Source of the DNA: an uncultured virus (IMG/VR IMGVR_UViG_3300025402_000005)
Taxonomy: Duplodnaviria; Heunggongvirae; Uroviricota; Caudoviricetes
Length of the DNA: 64,000 nucleotides
Reading direction: 5' to 3' (one strand)
IMG/VR virus record: IMGVR_UViG_3300025402_000005
The notes below the pieces were generated by a model, which did not search any database, was not told the DNA's origin, and saw only the letters and a program-made list of their open reading frames with translations. The first letter of the stretch is position 1. The number at the start of each line of letters is the position of its first letter. Below, one piece after another: positions 54,725 to 63,845 of this stretch. The position numbers and the translations under genes were made by a program.

Positions 54725-55657
54725 ATGGACTTCTATTCTGCTTTATTTGCGCAAGCAACCCCAGTAGAAGTCGACCCGTCTGAAACATCTTACTTTAGTG
54801 CCCCACTTGGTGGGCTAGATCCACGACTATTTGCTAATGGAAAACTAATTCCATCCATTCGTGCATCAATACTTCGTATCTTGATCGATCACCTTAAAAC
54901 AATTTACAGCAGTCCAGAGAGCTACATTCATGTCTGGCTTGCCGGTTCTGGCGTATCCTATCAATGGTCAGCTGCTAGAAACCCTGCTGACTTAGACTGT
55001 TTGATCGGCGTGAACTATTTATTGTTCCGTCAAGCTAACCAGCAATATAAAGCTTTAAGCGATCAACAGATTGCTGACATGATTAATGAAGATATGCGCG
55101 AACACCTTTACCCATTAACGGAGAATTTCCTTGGGTTGTTTGAACTTACTTTCTACGTTAACGTGCGTTCAGATATACGATCGATTAAGCCGTACGCCGC
55201 ATACTCGTTAACCAATGATGACTGGGCTGTACAGCCTGAACTGAAAGCCCCACCAGTCAATAAAGCGTGGGACTCCAAGGTAGCTAAAGATACTTCAATA
55301 ACAAAAGAGATAGTGCAACGCTACAACAAGTCATTAAATGACATTAACGCGTCTCCCAACGTCACTGCTAGACGTAACGCAGAGGCTGCACTTAAGTTTG
55401 CTATTGAGCAAGGCGCCGCTTTATTTGAAGATATTCATAGCGGTCGCAGATCAGCATTTAGCCCAAGCGGTCAAGGATATTCAGATATTGCGAATTATCG
55501 CTGGCAGGCTGGTAAACAAGCTGGTACTGTTCAAGCTCTGAAGAAGTTAAAAGACATTAATACTAAAGGGCGTAAGACGTTTGAGGAAGCTACCTACGGG
55601 ATGGAGTTACCAGACGTTAGCGTATTAGTACGCCGAGCGTTAACCGGTAATAAATAA
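54725..55657 (+). CDS. Pol-beta-superfamily nucleotidyltransferase
   Basis: LAGS.VSY.W......DLDCLI (hGS...DxD), later ELTFY; leaderless TATACT-N6-ATG start. Confidence 0.7.
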   Translation: MDFYSALFAQATPVEVDPSETSYFSAPLGGLDPRLFANGKLIPSIRASILRILIDHLKTIYSSPESYIHVWLAGSGVSYQWSAARNPADLDCLIGVNYLLFRQANQQYKALSDQQIADMINEDMREHLYPLTENFLGLFELTFYVNVRSDIRSIKPYAAYSLTNDDWAVQPELKAPPVNKAWDSKVAKDTSITKEIVQRYNKSLNDINASPNVTARRNAEAALKFAIEQGAALFEDIHSGRRSAFSPSGQGYSDIANYRWQAGKQAGTVQALKKLKDINTKGRKTFEEATYGMELPDVSVLVRRALTGNK

Positions 55658-55795
55658 TGTGTATAGAGTGCGGTTCGTGCGATCACGAGCCCATACTTAC
55701 GGTAGATTCAGCGGCTGACTGGATATATAACGACATTATATTTGGCAAGAAGTTAATAAAAAAGTAAAAGCTTTAAACACATTGGAGTAACAGTT

Positions 55796-56257
55796 GTGAC
55801 AATAGTTATGTTTATCGACGGCGTTTTGCGCAGTCACACGGGAACCCCGATATACCAAGGTCTTGCCCTTTATCGCCTATTTAATGAAGGCAATAAGGTA
55901 ATGCTACTTGGTGAACACAAGGGCAAAGACGACATCTGGCTTCGTCAACACAAAATTAATAAGATTGATGACCTAATTGACCACACTATTCCAGGTATGA
56001 CCGATTTCCCAGAATGGCGTCAGGTAGAGTATCTTCGCGGTAATGGTGCTGTGGACTTAGTAGTTACAAGTGACCCTAAGGTTGCAAAAAAGTTATTGGA
56101 GGTTGGAATTACCACTATGGTATTTATGCAACCTGCCTATGTTAAAGAAGAGTTTCGTCCTGATAGCAGGATTGGAACTAAGACATGGAAAGACATCGAG
56201 GATGAGATCACCCGTCAACTTGAAGCCATTATTGAGGATCCAAGACTAAGCCGATGA
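55796..56257 (+). CDS. HAD-superfamily-like protein (degenerate motif I)
   Basis: IVMFIDGVLR, WLRQH, LLEVGITTM. Confidence 0.5.
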   Translation: MTIVMFIDGVLRSHTGTPIYQGLALYRLFNEGNKVMLLGEHKGKDDIWLRQHKINKIDDLIDHTIPGMTDFPEWRQVEYLRGNGAVDLVVTSDPKVAKKLLEVGITTMVFMQPAYVKEEFRPDSRIGTKTWKDIEDEITRQLEAIIEDPRLSR

Positions 56258-57735
56258 CTCGCCTAATTTACTTGGGCGCAGAGGTACCTTCTAACCGCAC
56301 CCTACTCGAAACCACATCTGCTAACTACGTTGGCGTGAGCTATTGGCGTTTAACCAAGCGGGGACTGCCTAAGAAGAGCAGTTACCTCCTAGAGAACTAC
56401 TTTAACCCTGATTTCCTAATCCATGTCCATCCCGGGATCCCCAAGGACACCACACTAGATCGTGTAGAACTGGAGACCTTTGCGGCCGAGTACGAGGGTT
56501 TTATAGCCGACAATATCGATCGACTTGAGACCTTTAATGACATCAACGCCGAATGGATAGACCCAGCTTTCGTTAAGGAGCAGCGTAATACTGTTTGGTC
56601 AGAGGTACCACCTGCCAAGTTTCAGCCTGTCTGGAGCCCTACAGAGGGTCTAAAAGCTTTGACTGACATGGCGGGTACCTTCTTAGATATCGCCATTCCT
56701 GGGGGTGCTTTAGAGGAGAATCCACAGCTTTCTGTCGTCATGCGTACACACATTAGGACTGGAACTAGGTTCCATATCCTAGGTAGCGCGAGACCGGATA
56801 GCCTACGACAACTAGCCGTTGAGACCATCAGCACACAGGCTTGGCTATCCCCTATGTTGCATGGTGAGACTATTGTATGGGATGGCACTAAACTAAACCG
56901 TTATCCCAAGAGGATGAAAGATCAAGCTCGATCACGATACCGTCACATCTATCAGAAGGCCGGTATCGATGCTGATAAGATTTTTGAAGATGACCCACAA
57001 GAAGTATGTCGTCTAGCCGTATGGTCATATACACAGTTTGAAACGAGGATGAACGCCATGAACCCCAACTCAGATGACGAACTGTTATATGATAACAGCG
57101 GTGAAACAGATGTAGATATAAGTGCGGAAAACACCCCTTCCGTATCTGATAATAAGGGTATTCAACCACGGAAACTTGAAGCCCGAAATCCTGCCGAAAT
57201 GGGGCATTTACCGGTCTTTGGAGTGCAGTATAAAGAGGTTGTAGAGCAGGATTCAGAGGGTCGGGACATCATTAAAGAAGTCCCTGTTTTACAGTCCCAG
57301 TCGGTCAGTCTAAGAGTTTGCGATACGTGCTTTGTTGCTGACAAGTGCCCTGCTTTTAAGCCTCAGACAGCTTGCGCATTTAACCTCCCAGTAGAGGTAA
57401 AGACCACCGATCAACTCAAGGCACTGCTTAATGCAATCATCGAAATGCAGGGTCAACGCATTGCTTTTATGCGTTTTGCTGAAGAAATGAGCGGTGGATA
57501 CGCAGATCCTAACCTTTCCCAAGAGATCGATCGCCTCTATAAAATCGTTTCTGAGGTCAATAAATTGGGAGAATCTAAAGACTATATTAGGATTACTGCT
57601 GAGCGTTCTAGCTCTGCTGGAGTGCTGTCTTCCATCTTCGGAGACCGTGCTCAAGCCCTCAGAGAAATGCCTAACGGGGGCATAAATGAGGAGCAGACAA
57701 CCAAGATTATTAGGCAATCTTTAGAAGATAAATAA
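56254..57735 (+). CDS. Two-domain protein: TGT/DpdA-like N-terminal domain plus Cys-rich helical C-terminal domain
   Basis: RFHILG....L......ISTQAWL resembles the H.LG...S.DS..W end of transglycosylase-like barrels; CDTC....KCP.F.....C. Confidence 0.4.
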   Translation: MTRLIYLGAEVPSNRTLLETTSANYVGVSYWRLTKRGLPKKSSYLLENYFNPDFLIHVHPGIPKDTTLDRVELETFAAEYEGFIADNIDRLETFNDINAEWIDPAFVKEQRNTVWSEVPPAKFQPVWSPTEGLKALTDMAGTFLDIAIPGGALEENPQLSVVMRTHIRTGTRFHILGSARPDSLRQLAVETISTQAWLSPMLHGETIVWDGTKLNRYPKRMKDQARSRYRHIYQKAGIDADKIFEDDPQEVCRLAVWSYTQFETRMNAMNPNSDDELLYDNSGETDVDISAENTPSVSDNKGIQPRKLEARNPAEMGHLPVFGVQYKEVVEQDSEGRDIIKEVPVLQSQSVSLRVCDTCFVADKCPAFKPQTACAFNLPVEVKTTDQLKALLNAIIEMQGQRIAFMRFAEEMSGGYADPNLSQEIDRLYKIVSEVNKLGESKDYIRITAERSSSAGVLSSIFGDRAQALREMPNGGINEEQTTKIIRQSLEDK

Positions 57736-57757
57736 CTTTCCTGTTATATGATAACAG
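57082..57757. repeat. 17-bp palindrome CTGTTAT-ATG-ATAACAG present twice
   Basis: Exact copies at 57082-57098 and 57741-57757. Confidence 0.85.
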
Positions 57758-57813
57758 GGCTTTGTAAGGCATGAAACAACACACCCCCCACCACGTAGAA
57801 AAGAGAGATATTA

Positions 57814-59847
57814 ATGGCATTGTCGTTTAAGCTAACCGAGGATTTCGTGGCGGGATACAGAGGTAAAAAGGTGCCTTGGGGATACCAAGATGCCGCAGGT
57901 AATTCTGTCGGTGAGATCACCTTCCTCCGTACTTACTCCCGTATCAAGGAGGATGGAACCAAGGAGACATGGACAGATGTCTGTGAGCGAGTAATCAACG
58001 GTATGTATTCCCTTCAGAAGGATCACGCTAAGCTGAACCGCTTGCCTTGGTCGGACTCCAAGGCCGCAGCTTCCGCTAAAGAGGCGTTCGATCGTCTATG
58101 GAACTTGAAGTGGACTCCACCAGGACGAGGACTTTGGGTCATGGGAACACCTATTGTTAATGACCAGCGCAACTCTGCAGCTTTGCAGAACTGTGCCTTT
58201 GTATCTACGGATTCTATGACCAAGCTTAACCCAGCTAAGCCGTTTGCCTTCCTAATGGAAGCTTCTATGCTGGGAGTCGGAGTCGGGTTTGACGACAAGG
58301 GCGCAGATAAAGACTTTACTATTTATGCCCCCGAACAAGGAGATACATATGTCATCCCAGATACCCGCGAAGGTTGGGTCGAGTCATTTGCCGCCCTCCT
58401 CAATAGCTACCTTAAGCCAGATACGAAGAGCCCAGTCTTTGATTACACCCAGATCCGCCCAGCGGGAACTACTATCAAAACCTTCGGAGGAACTGCAGCT
58501 GGACACGAGCCACTAGAAAAGCTCCATAACCACATTCGTCGTATATTTGACGGTCGTGGGGGGGAGAAGCTTACCCGTGTAGACCTAGCCGACATTGGCA
58601 ATCTGATCGGAGTTTGTGTTGTAAGCGGAAACGTCCGCCGTTCAGCTGAGTTACTCATGGGTCGTATCGATGACGATACTTTCTTGAACTTGAAGAACCC
58701 TGAGAAGTTTCCTGAGCGTAACTCCTATGACCCTGCCAACCCAGGCTGGGCATGGATGTCTAACAACTCTGTCGAGGTATCTGTTGGTCAAGATCTCTCA
58801 CGCATTGTAGATGGTATCTCACGTAACGGAGAACCCGGCGTAATTTGGATGGATGTTACACGCAAGTACGGTCGTCTTAAGGATGGAATAAACAATAAAG
58901 ACTGGAGAGCTATGGGCTACAACCCATGCGCAGAGCAGTCACTAGAGTCCTTCGAGTGCTGTACTTTGGTGGAGACTTACCTTAATCGTCATGAGGATCT
59001 AGAGGACTTCAAGCGCACACTAAAGTTTGCTTATCTCTATGCCAAGACTGTAACTCTTCTTCCTACCCATTGGGAGGAGACCAACGCGATCATGCAACGC
59101 AATCGCCGTATTGGAACTTCTGTCTCTGGTGTAGCTAACTTCTCAGATAACAAGGGCTTGCCTACTCTACGTAAGTGGCTCGATGCTGGGTACACCGTTG
59201 TTAAGGACTACGACAAGGGCTACTCAGAATGGCTAGGTATCCGTGAATCTATCAAGATGACAACTGTTAAGCCTTCCGGCACAGTCTCTATTCTTGCTGG
59301 TGAGTCTCCCGGGGTTCACTGGTCAGTAGGCGGTAAGTACTTCCTACGCGCGATCCGTTTCCGTAATGAAGACCCTATGCTCCCTCTCTTTAAGATGGCA
59401 CAATACACAGTTGAACCAGCTAGCGAGGATCCAAGCGGAACTTCTGTTGTGTTCTTCCCTGTGAAGTCTGATGCTAAGCGTTCAGAGAAGGAAGTCTCTA
59501 TCTATGAGAAGATCCACCTTGCCGCTACAGCTCAGTACGAATGGTCAGATAACTCTGTATCAGTAACAGTCTCTTTCGATCCTGAGACTGAGAAGGATGT
59601 TATCAAGAGCGTACTTCATATGCACGAAGGTCAACTCAAGACTGTCTCTTTCCTTCCATCAGGTAATACTATCTATCCACAGATGCCTTACACACAGATC
59701 ACAGAGGAAGATTACGAGAGTTATCGCATGAAGCTCTTCCCTATCGATCTCGTAGGTGTCTACGCGGGTATGGCAGCTGATGCTATCGGAGAGGCTTACT
59801 GCAGCACAGATGCCTGTGAAGTGAAGTTGATTAAAGACAACCAGTAA
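57814..59847 (+). CDS. nrdJ: Class II (adenosylcobalamin-dependent) ribonucleotide reductase, monomeric type
   Basis: RTYSR, PPGRGLW, LQNC, GVGVGF, GNVRRSA, NPCAEQ, VKPSGT, C-terminal CSTDAC; no beta-subunit gene nearby. Confidence 0.92.
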   Translation: MALSFKLTEDFVAGYRGKKVPWGYQDAAGNSVGEITFLRTYSRIKEDGTKETWTDVCERVINGMYSLQKDHAKLNRLPWSDSKAAASAKEAFDRLWNLKWTPPGRGLWVMGTPIVNDQRNSAALQNCAFVSTDSMTKLNPAKPFAFLMEASMLGVGVGFDDKGADKDFTIYAPEQGDTYVIPDTREGWVESFAALLNSYLKPDTKSPVFDYTQIRPAGTTIKTFGGTAAGHEPLEKLHNHIRRIFDGRGGEKLTRVDLADIGNLIGVCVVSGNVRRSAELLMGRIDDDTFLNLKNPEKFPERNSYDPANPGWAWMSNNSVEVSVGQDLSRIVDGISRNGEPGVIWMDVTRKYGRLKDGINNKDWRAMGYNPCAEQSLESFECCTLVETYLNRHEDLEDFKRTLKFAYLYAKTVTLLPTHWEETNAIMQRNRRIGTSVSGVANFSDNKGLPTLRKWLDAGYTVVKDYDKGYSEWLGIRESIKMTTVKPSGTVSILAGESPGVHWSVGGKYFLRAIRFRNEDPMLPLFKMAQYTVEPASEDPSGTSVVFFPVKSDAKRSEKEVSIYEKIHLAATAQYEWSDNSVSVTVSFDPETEKDVIKSVLHMHEGQLKTVSFLPSGNTIYPQMPYTQITEEDYESYRMKLFPIDLVGVYAGMAADAIGEAYCSTDACEVKLIKDNQ

Positions 59848-59858
59848 GCAGACAAGAA

Positions 59859-59894
59859 GAAACCCCCTAGGAATGATACTAGGGGGTTCTTTTC
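59859..59894. terminator. Bidirectional terminator between convergent operons
   Basis: AACCCCCTAG...CTAGGGGGTT flanked by A-rich and T-rich tracts. Confidence 0.8.
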
Positions 59895-60006
59895 ATGTTA
59901 AGGCGCAGATATAGCTAGGGACAGCAGGGCAGAAAGTGGACCCACCCATCATGACTACTCTTCTCGACTGACGAACGAGTATTATCGAGTTAACGCCTAT
60001 TCATGC

Positions 60007-60303
60007 TCACAGAAAATTAAGGGATGTTGCGAAGAAAGCTTCAGCGAAGTTACCAGCCATAGCCGATAGATCTCCTATGGAAGCCTCTTTATCTTTAAAA
60101 GAGGATTGTAGATAGAGTTTAAGTGAATCAGCGTACAGAGCTACGAACTCATCGATAGGCATAGAGTCACCTTTATCATTAAAAGGTACGTCTGATTGAA
60201 GCCATCCATCTTCAAACTTTTTAGCGAGTCTCTCTCCAGCACCGTCAAGGCTTTTCATTGCCTTTTCATACGCCTCTTCACGCGTAAGTCGTTTAGCTTT
60301 CAC
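60007..60303 (-). CDS. Hypothetical protein
   Basis: AAGGAG RBS on minus strand. Confidence 0.6.
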   Translation of the reverse strand: MKAKRLTREEAYEKAMKSLDGAGERLAKKFEDGWLQSDVPFNDKGDSMPIDEFVALYADSLKLYLQSSFKDKEASIGDLSAMAGNFAEAFFATSLNFL

Positions 60304-60487
60304 TTACTAACTCCTTATCCCATATCTTTTGTAGATCAGCCACGGTCAACTCTTTGTTCATTGTCTTGATGACAATAGTGGTAGTTACCTTAGTCGTTAT
60401 CGTCGTTGTTATCTTCATCTTCACTCTCTTCCCATGGGGTGAATGTAGGGTTAGTAATATGCCAGTCAGGTAGAGGATTATTAAAAC

Positions 60488-60769
60488 TCATTCTGCCACC
60501 TTATACATGACATCACCCATGAACTCTACTGGCTTGTCATTCTCTCCAAGCTTAGTGGCAACCATCTTGATCGATTTGCGACCGGTGATCTCCAGCAAAA
60601 TCTTTTTAACGTGTCGCTTAGCTGCCGATGGGTTTGACCAGGCTGTATAGTCCTGCACACCATTGCCAAGATTAGGCTCATCAATACGAGTCAAGGTTAA
60701 CCATGACCCACCTTGCGCGGTGTTCTTTGTGATCCGCGCATGAAATCTCTTTTCGATCTTTTTAGCCAT
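60488..60769 (-). CDS. Basic hypothetical protein
   Basis: AAGGAG RBS before MAKKIEKRFH. Confidence 0.6.
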   Translation of the reverse strand: MAKKIEKRFHARITKNTAQGGSWLTLTRIDEPNLGNGVQDYTAWSNPSAAKRHVKKILLEITGRKSIKMVATKLGENDKPVEFMGDVMYKVAE

Positions 60770-61253
60770 TTCTATCTCCTTTATAAGTAAGCGAACGTTC
60801 CCACTTAGTGCCATCGCCACGGTCTTTCCATGACAACTCCATAATCTCAGGGAAGTCTAGCAGACTCTCTATCTTTTGCTTAATAGCCGTCACGCTCGCT
60901 TCATCTTCTAGTCTTACCTTTAAATACACACAGTTTTGCCACTTAGGATCTTTGCGTTTAGGTCTCTCTCTCCTTATCTCTATTTCAGGTGGCTTGACTT
61001 GACCAGTTTCTTCATAGTACCTAAGCATCTCTATTCCAAGCTTGAGCATCTTTTTAGTACGCTCCGCGCTTATGCCGTGCACCTTTTGTATTTCTTGAAT
61101 ACTTTTAGGCATCCCATCTCTAAGCCCATAGCGCATGGAAATTAAACCTTGAAGTCTCACTCCTAACCCAGCCTTTTCCATAGTTAAGAACGGATCATCT
61201 TCATAGTCGAACGTGTAGCTCCAGTCGCGCAGGTTTGTTTGTGTTGAGATCAC
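60762..61253 (-). CDS. Stand-alone sigma-70 region 4-like protein
   Basis: LISMRYGLRDGMPKSIQEIQKVHGISAERTKKMLKLGIEMLR aligns with the primary-sigma region 4 pattern (MRFGL.DG.PKTL.EI....GVT.ER.RQ....LR). Confidence 0.65.
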   Translation of the reverse strand: MISTQTNLRDWSYTFDYEDDPFLTMEKAGLGVRLQGLISMRYGLRDGMPKSIQEIQKVHGISAERTKKMLKLGIEMLRYYEETGQVKPPEIEIRRERPKRKDPKWQNCVYLKVRLEDEASVTAIKQKIESLLDFPEIMELSWKDRGDGTKWERSLTYKGDRNG

Positions 61254-61474
61254 GCGCCCTCACCCCACTCCCGGGCTACGTCATAACTAGACTCTAACTT
61301 AACTATCTCAGTCTGATAGGTGGCGGGGATGAGCCCACCCATAGTCCCTACCTTCATAGGGCTATCGATCTCATCTCTTAGCCGTTCTTTCATAAACTCC
61401 AGCTCAGCGGTGGATAGGACTCTATCGGTTATAAACTCTATGTCTAGCTTGTATTTGCGAGCTTTTACTTTCAT
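61250..61474 (-). CDS. Hypothetical protein
   Basis: Coupled minus-strand ORF. Confidence 0.55.
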   Translation of the reverse strand: MKVKARKYKLDIEFITDRVLSTAELEFMKERLRDEIDSPMKVGTMGGLIPATYQTEIVKLESSYDVAREWGEGA

Positions 61475-62040
61475 GCTACTGTATCCTTTCCAGCGTTCAT
61501 CGCTTCCTCTACTGAGCCATAACCCCAGCAGGAGTCTATGACTTCTTTACTTGTGTGACCACAGCAGTCACACTTTGTATTCTTATAGGCGGTATAGCCA
61601 TAGAAGTCTCCTTGCAGATACTTGTCATAAATCTCTACCTCTTTACGGAGGATCTCCTCAGCGGTGGCAATATCGACACCTTCAGCCTTGATAGCTTCTT
61701 TAGTGGCATAGATATAACCAACCATTCCGCTATCCCACTCAGCGTGGGGAGCGCGTCCAACGAATGAACCAACACTCATAGATATACCACTATGGTCATA
61801 AAGGTATAGTGGCAGGACTACTAAACTATCCTTCTTAATAGCATCAAACAATTCCTCGGCGGAGTTGTAATCATTCAGCGAGTAACCAGTATTGCTATCA
61901 CCTAAGTTATAACGCTTGTGCCAGCACACCATCTTTCCCAAGTTGTCCCAGTCGCGCGGGTTCATAGGGTCAAGATCAGGCGTAACTTCAATAGTAATGT
62001 CGTCAATTTCTAAAGTATCTAGGCTCATTGTTAAATCCAC
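61471..62040 (-). CDS. Conserved early-type hypothetical protein
   Basis: NPRDWDNLG.M.C.H.RY.LGD, LPLYLYDHSG, WDSG.VG.IY, DSCWG. Confidence 0.65.
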   Translation of the reverse strand: MDLTMSLDTLEIDDITIEVTPDLDPMNPRDWDNLGKMVCWHKRYNLGDSNTGYSLNDYNSAEELFDAIKKDSLVVLPLYLYDHSGISMSVGSFVGRAPHAEWDSGMVGYIYATKEAIKAEGVDIATAEEILRKEVEIYDKYLQGDFYGYTAYKNTKCDCCGHTSKEVIDSCWGYGSVEEAMNAGKDTVA

Positions 62041-62255
62041 TCCTTAATATATTCACGGTAATTTTCATCATTCCACCATAGCCACTCCTCGATAGTAAAC
62101 TCTGTCTCGCGGAGTAACCTCTTTGTCCCATAAATAGAGAACGCATCTCTACCTTTGAGCTCAGGAAATACACTCTCTACACCTTCCCAGAACGCGTTGA
62201 GTCCAGCTTCGATGGCATCATTCACGCGCCGATCGTATTCAGTCATCTCTTTCAT
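62031..62255 (-). CDS. Hypothetical protein
   Basis: GGAG RBS; overlapping minus-strand operon. Confidence 0.55.
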   Translation of the reverse strand: MKEMTEYDRRVNDAIEAGLNAFWEGVESVFPELKGRDAFSIYGTKRLLRETEFTIEEWLWWNDENYREYIKEWI

Positions 62256-62389
62256 TCTTTGTTCTCCTTGTTCTCTAGATAGAATAAGTAATCTAGTGCC
62301 TTAGCTACTTTACCCTGCAATTCAGGCTGGTAGGTAAGATCAACGAATAACTGTGCCAGCGTGTCTTTCAATAGATCTTTATAGTCCAT
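62252..62389 (-). CDS. 45-aa hypothetical protein (not in ORF track)
   Basis: AAGGAG RBS; MDYKDLLKDTLAQLF... Confidence 0.5.
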   Translation of the reverse strand: MDYKDLLKDTLAQLFVDLTYQPELQGKVAKALDYLFYLENKENKE

Positions 62390-62503
62390 TTATTTCTCCT
62401 TCTAGTATTTCGACTCCATGCCATATGAAGCCCTCTTGATAACGTGTTACTTGCCCTAATATATCGAACCATTGTTCATCCACCTCAGCGGTGATCATAA
62501 ACT

Positions 62504-62704
62504 TCACCCTCTAATCTCCTCCAACTCTTCTTCATCAAGCGGATAGACTTGATCTCCCATGCCATACCCGATACCAGTCTGAATAACGATCTCACCCTCA
62601 GTAACTACCACTAGGCAATTAGGGAGTATCGACTCGAAGAACGCGCGAAACTCTGTGTAATCCTCTACTTGATTAAACTCTTTCATGCCATTACCTCCAC
62701 ACAT
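62504..62704 (-). CDS. Acidic hypothetical protein
   Basis: Minus-strand ORF; true start probably the internal ATG after GGAGG. Confidence 0.5.
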   Translation of the reverse strand: MCGGNGMKEFNQVEDYTEFRAFFESILPNCLVVVTEGEIVIQTGIGYGMGDQVYPLDEEELEEIRG

Positions 62705-62779
62705 TGATTACAGTACATTTCTACTTCGGTATCCCATTGAATAGGATGGCGGGCATCTCTGCACCCACACTCAGCACAC

Positions 62780-62974
62780 TTAGCCATTAGTTAACCTCTT
62801 ATTCAGATCGGCGCAGAAGTAATCCTCTATATCCTCATACTTAGATAGCCATTCTTGCGCATTCTCATCCCATATATGACCATTGTCATAGTTGATAGAT
62901 ACACCATCCCAGTCGATACTCCATGAGTTGGTCTCTGTGTCCCATATAACTACATAGTGATACTGCTTACTCAT
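62780..62974 (-). CDS. Acidic Trp-rich hypothetical protein
   Basis: MSKQYHYVVIWD...; packed operon. Confidence 0.55.
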   Translation of the reverse strand: MSKQYHYVVIWDTETNSWSIDWDGVSINYDNGHIWDENAQEWLSKYEDIEDYFCADLNKRLTNG

Positions 62975-63119
62975 GCTTCCACCTTCTCCACAGTATTTTG
63001 GATAACGCGGGTAATTACCTTGTGATTAGTGTCTAGATTATGAACCATGACCTCGAACCGTGATCGGCTGGTCTTGGTCAGGATGGCATAATCACAGTCT
63101 AAGCAGACAACTGCACTTG

Positions 63120-63323
63120 TCATTCTTTGTCACTCCATATCTCAATATGATTAATAGTTGCGCCCCACTCTGTCTCTGTCTTTACATCAATATCTACACC
63201 GTCTCTATCCCACGGTTCTAACACCTGGAGAGTAATTGAGCTGGCAATAGAGTCGATCTCATCAGCGGTAAGCTTCCTATCAGTCCTAAAGTTCATAACT
63301 ACTTGATACGCTTGCATAATCAC
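63120..63323 (-). CDS. Hypothetical protein; similar to 61250-61474
   Basis: F.TDR.L...E motif in both ORFs (FRTDRKLTADE vs FITDRVLSTAE). Confidence 0.55.
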   Translation of the reverse strand: MIMQAYQVVMNFRTDRKLTADEIDSIASSITLQVLEPWDRDGVDIDVKTETEWGATINHIEIWSDKE

Positions 63324-63502
63324 CTTCTAGATAATCAATTCGGCGGAGACTGTCTCCACTAAGAGGAACCTATACCCTAGAGAGGAGAAATAGAGGGATT
63401 TTTGATAACGATTAGATAACGATTTATACAACCCCTCAATACCCCCATAGAACCCAGTTTTGGCGGGTACTGTCTAATTAGGAATAGATATAAGGATAGA
63501 TA

Positions 63503-63529
63503 CTCTCTCTCTCCTCTCTCTCTCTCTCT
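63503..63529. repeat. (CT)n polypyrimidine tract
   Basis: CTCTCTCTCTCCTCTCTCTCTCTCTCT read directly. Confidence 0.85.
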
Positions 63530-63531
63530 TG

Positions 63532-63547
63532 TGTTTCACGTGAAACA
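63532..63547. promoter_or_regulatory. parS centromere-like site
   Basis: Perfect 16-bp palindrome TGTTTCACGTGAAACA, matching the chromosomal parS consensus, in non-coding DNA. Confidence 0.8.
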
Positions 63548-63776
63548 TCTCTCTCAGCTAGCTCACAGATAGCTCTCAGCCTATTATCAGATACCTCCCC
63601 AGCCAACTACCCCCAACTTCTGGTCATACATCCACTTATCGATTTGTCGACATTTGACAGTAGCCGAATTGCCCTAGCAGATCGGTGGCTCCGGTGTCAA
63701 TAGTCCCAGGCTGTGATTCCGGTCACATCTCTCTTGCATATATATTCCCTAATGGGGAGGGTGGGTCAACACAAAC

Positions 63777-63825
63777 AAAATGCCCGGTCAATCGCCGCCA
63801 CTACACGGTGATCGCCGGGCATTTT
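63777..63825 (-). terminator. Long hairpin/terminator downstream of the edge ORF
   Basis: AAAATGCCCGG...CCGGGCATTTT with an extended inner stem; U-rich tail on the minus strand. Confidence 0.6.
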
Positions 63826-63845
63826 GCCGGGGAAACAGCTGCTAA

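Noticed and set aside
57736..57813. Cobalamin riboswitch or NrdR box upstream of nrdJ
   Set aside because: Intergenic region is only 78 nt, and the palindrome does not match the NrdR consensus (acaCwAtATaTwGtg)
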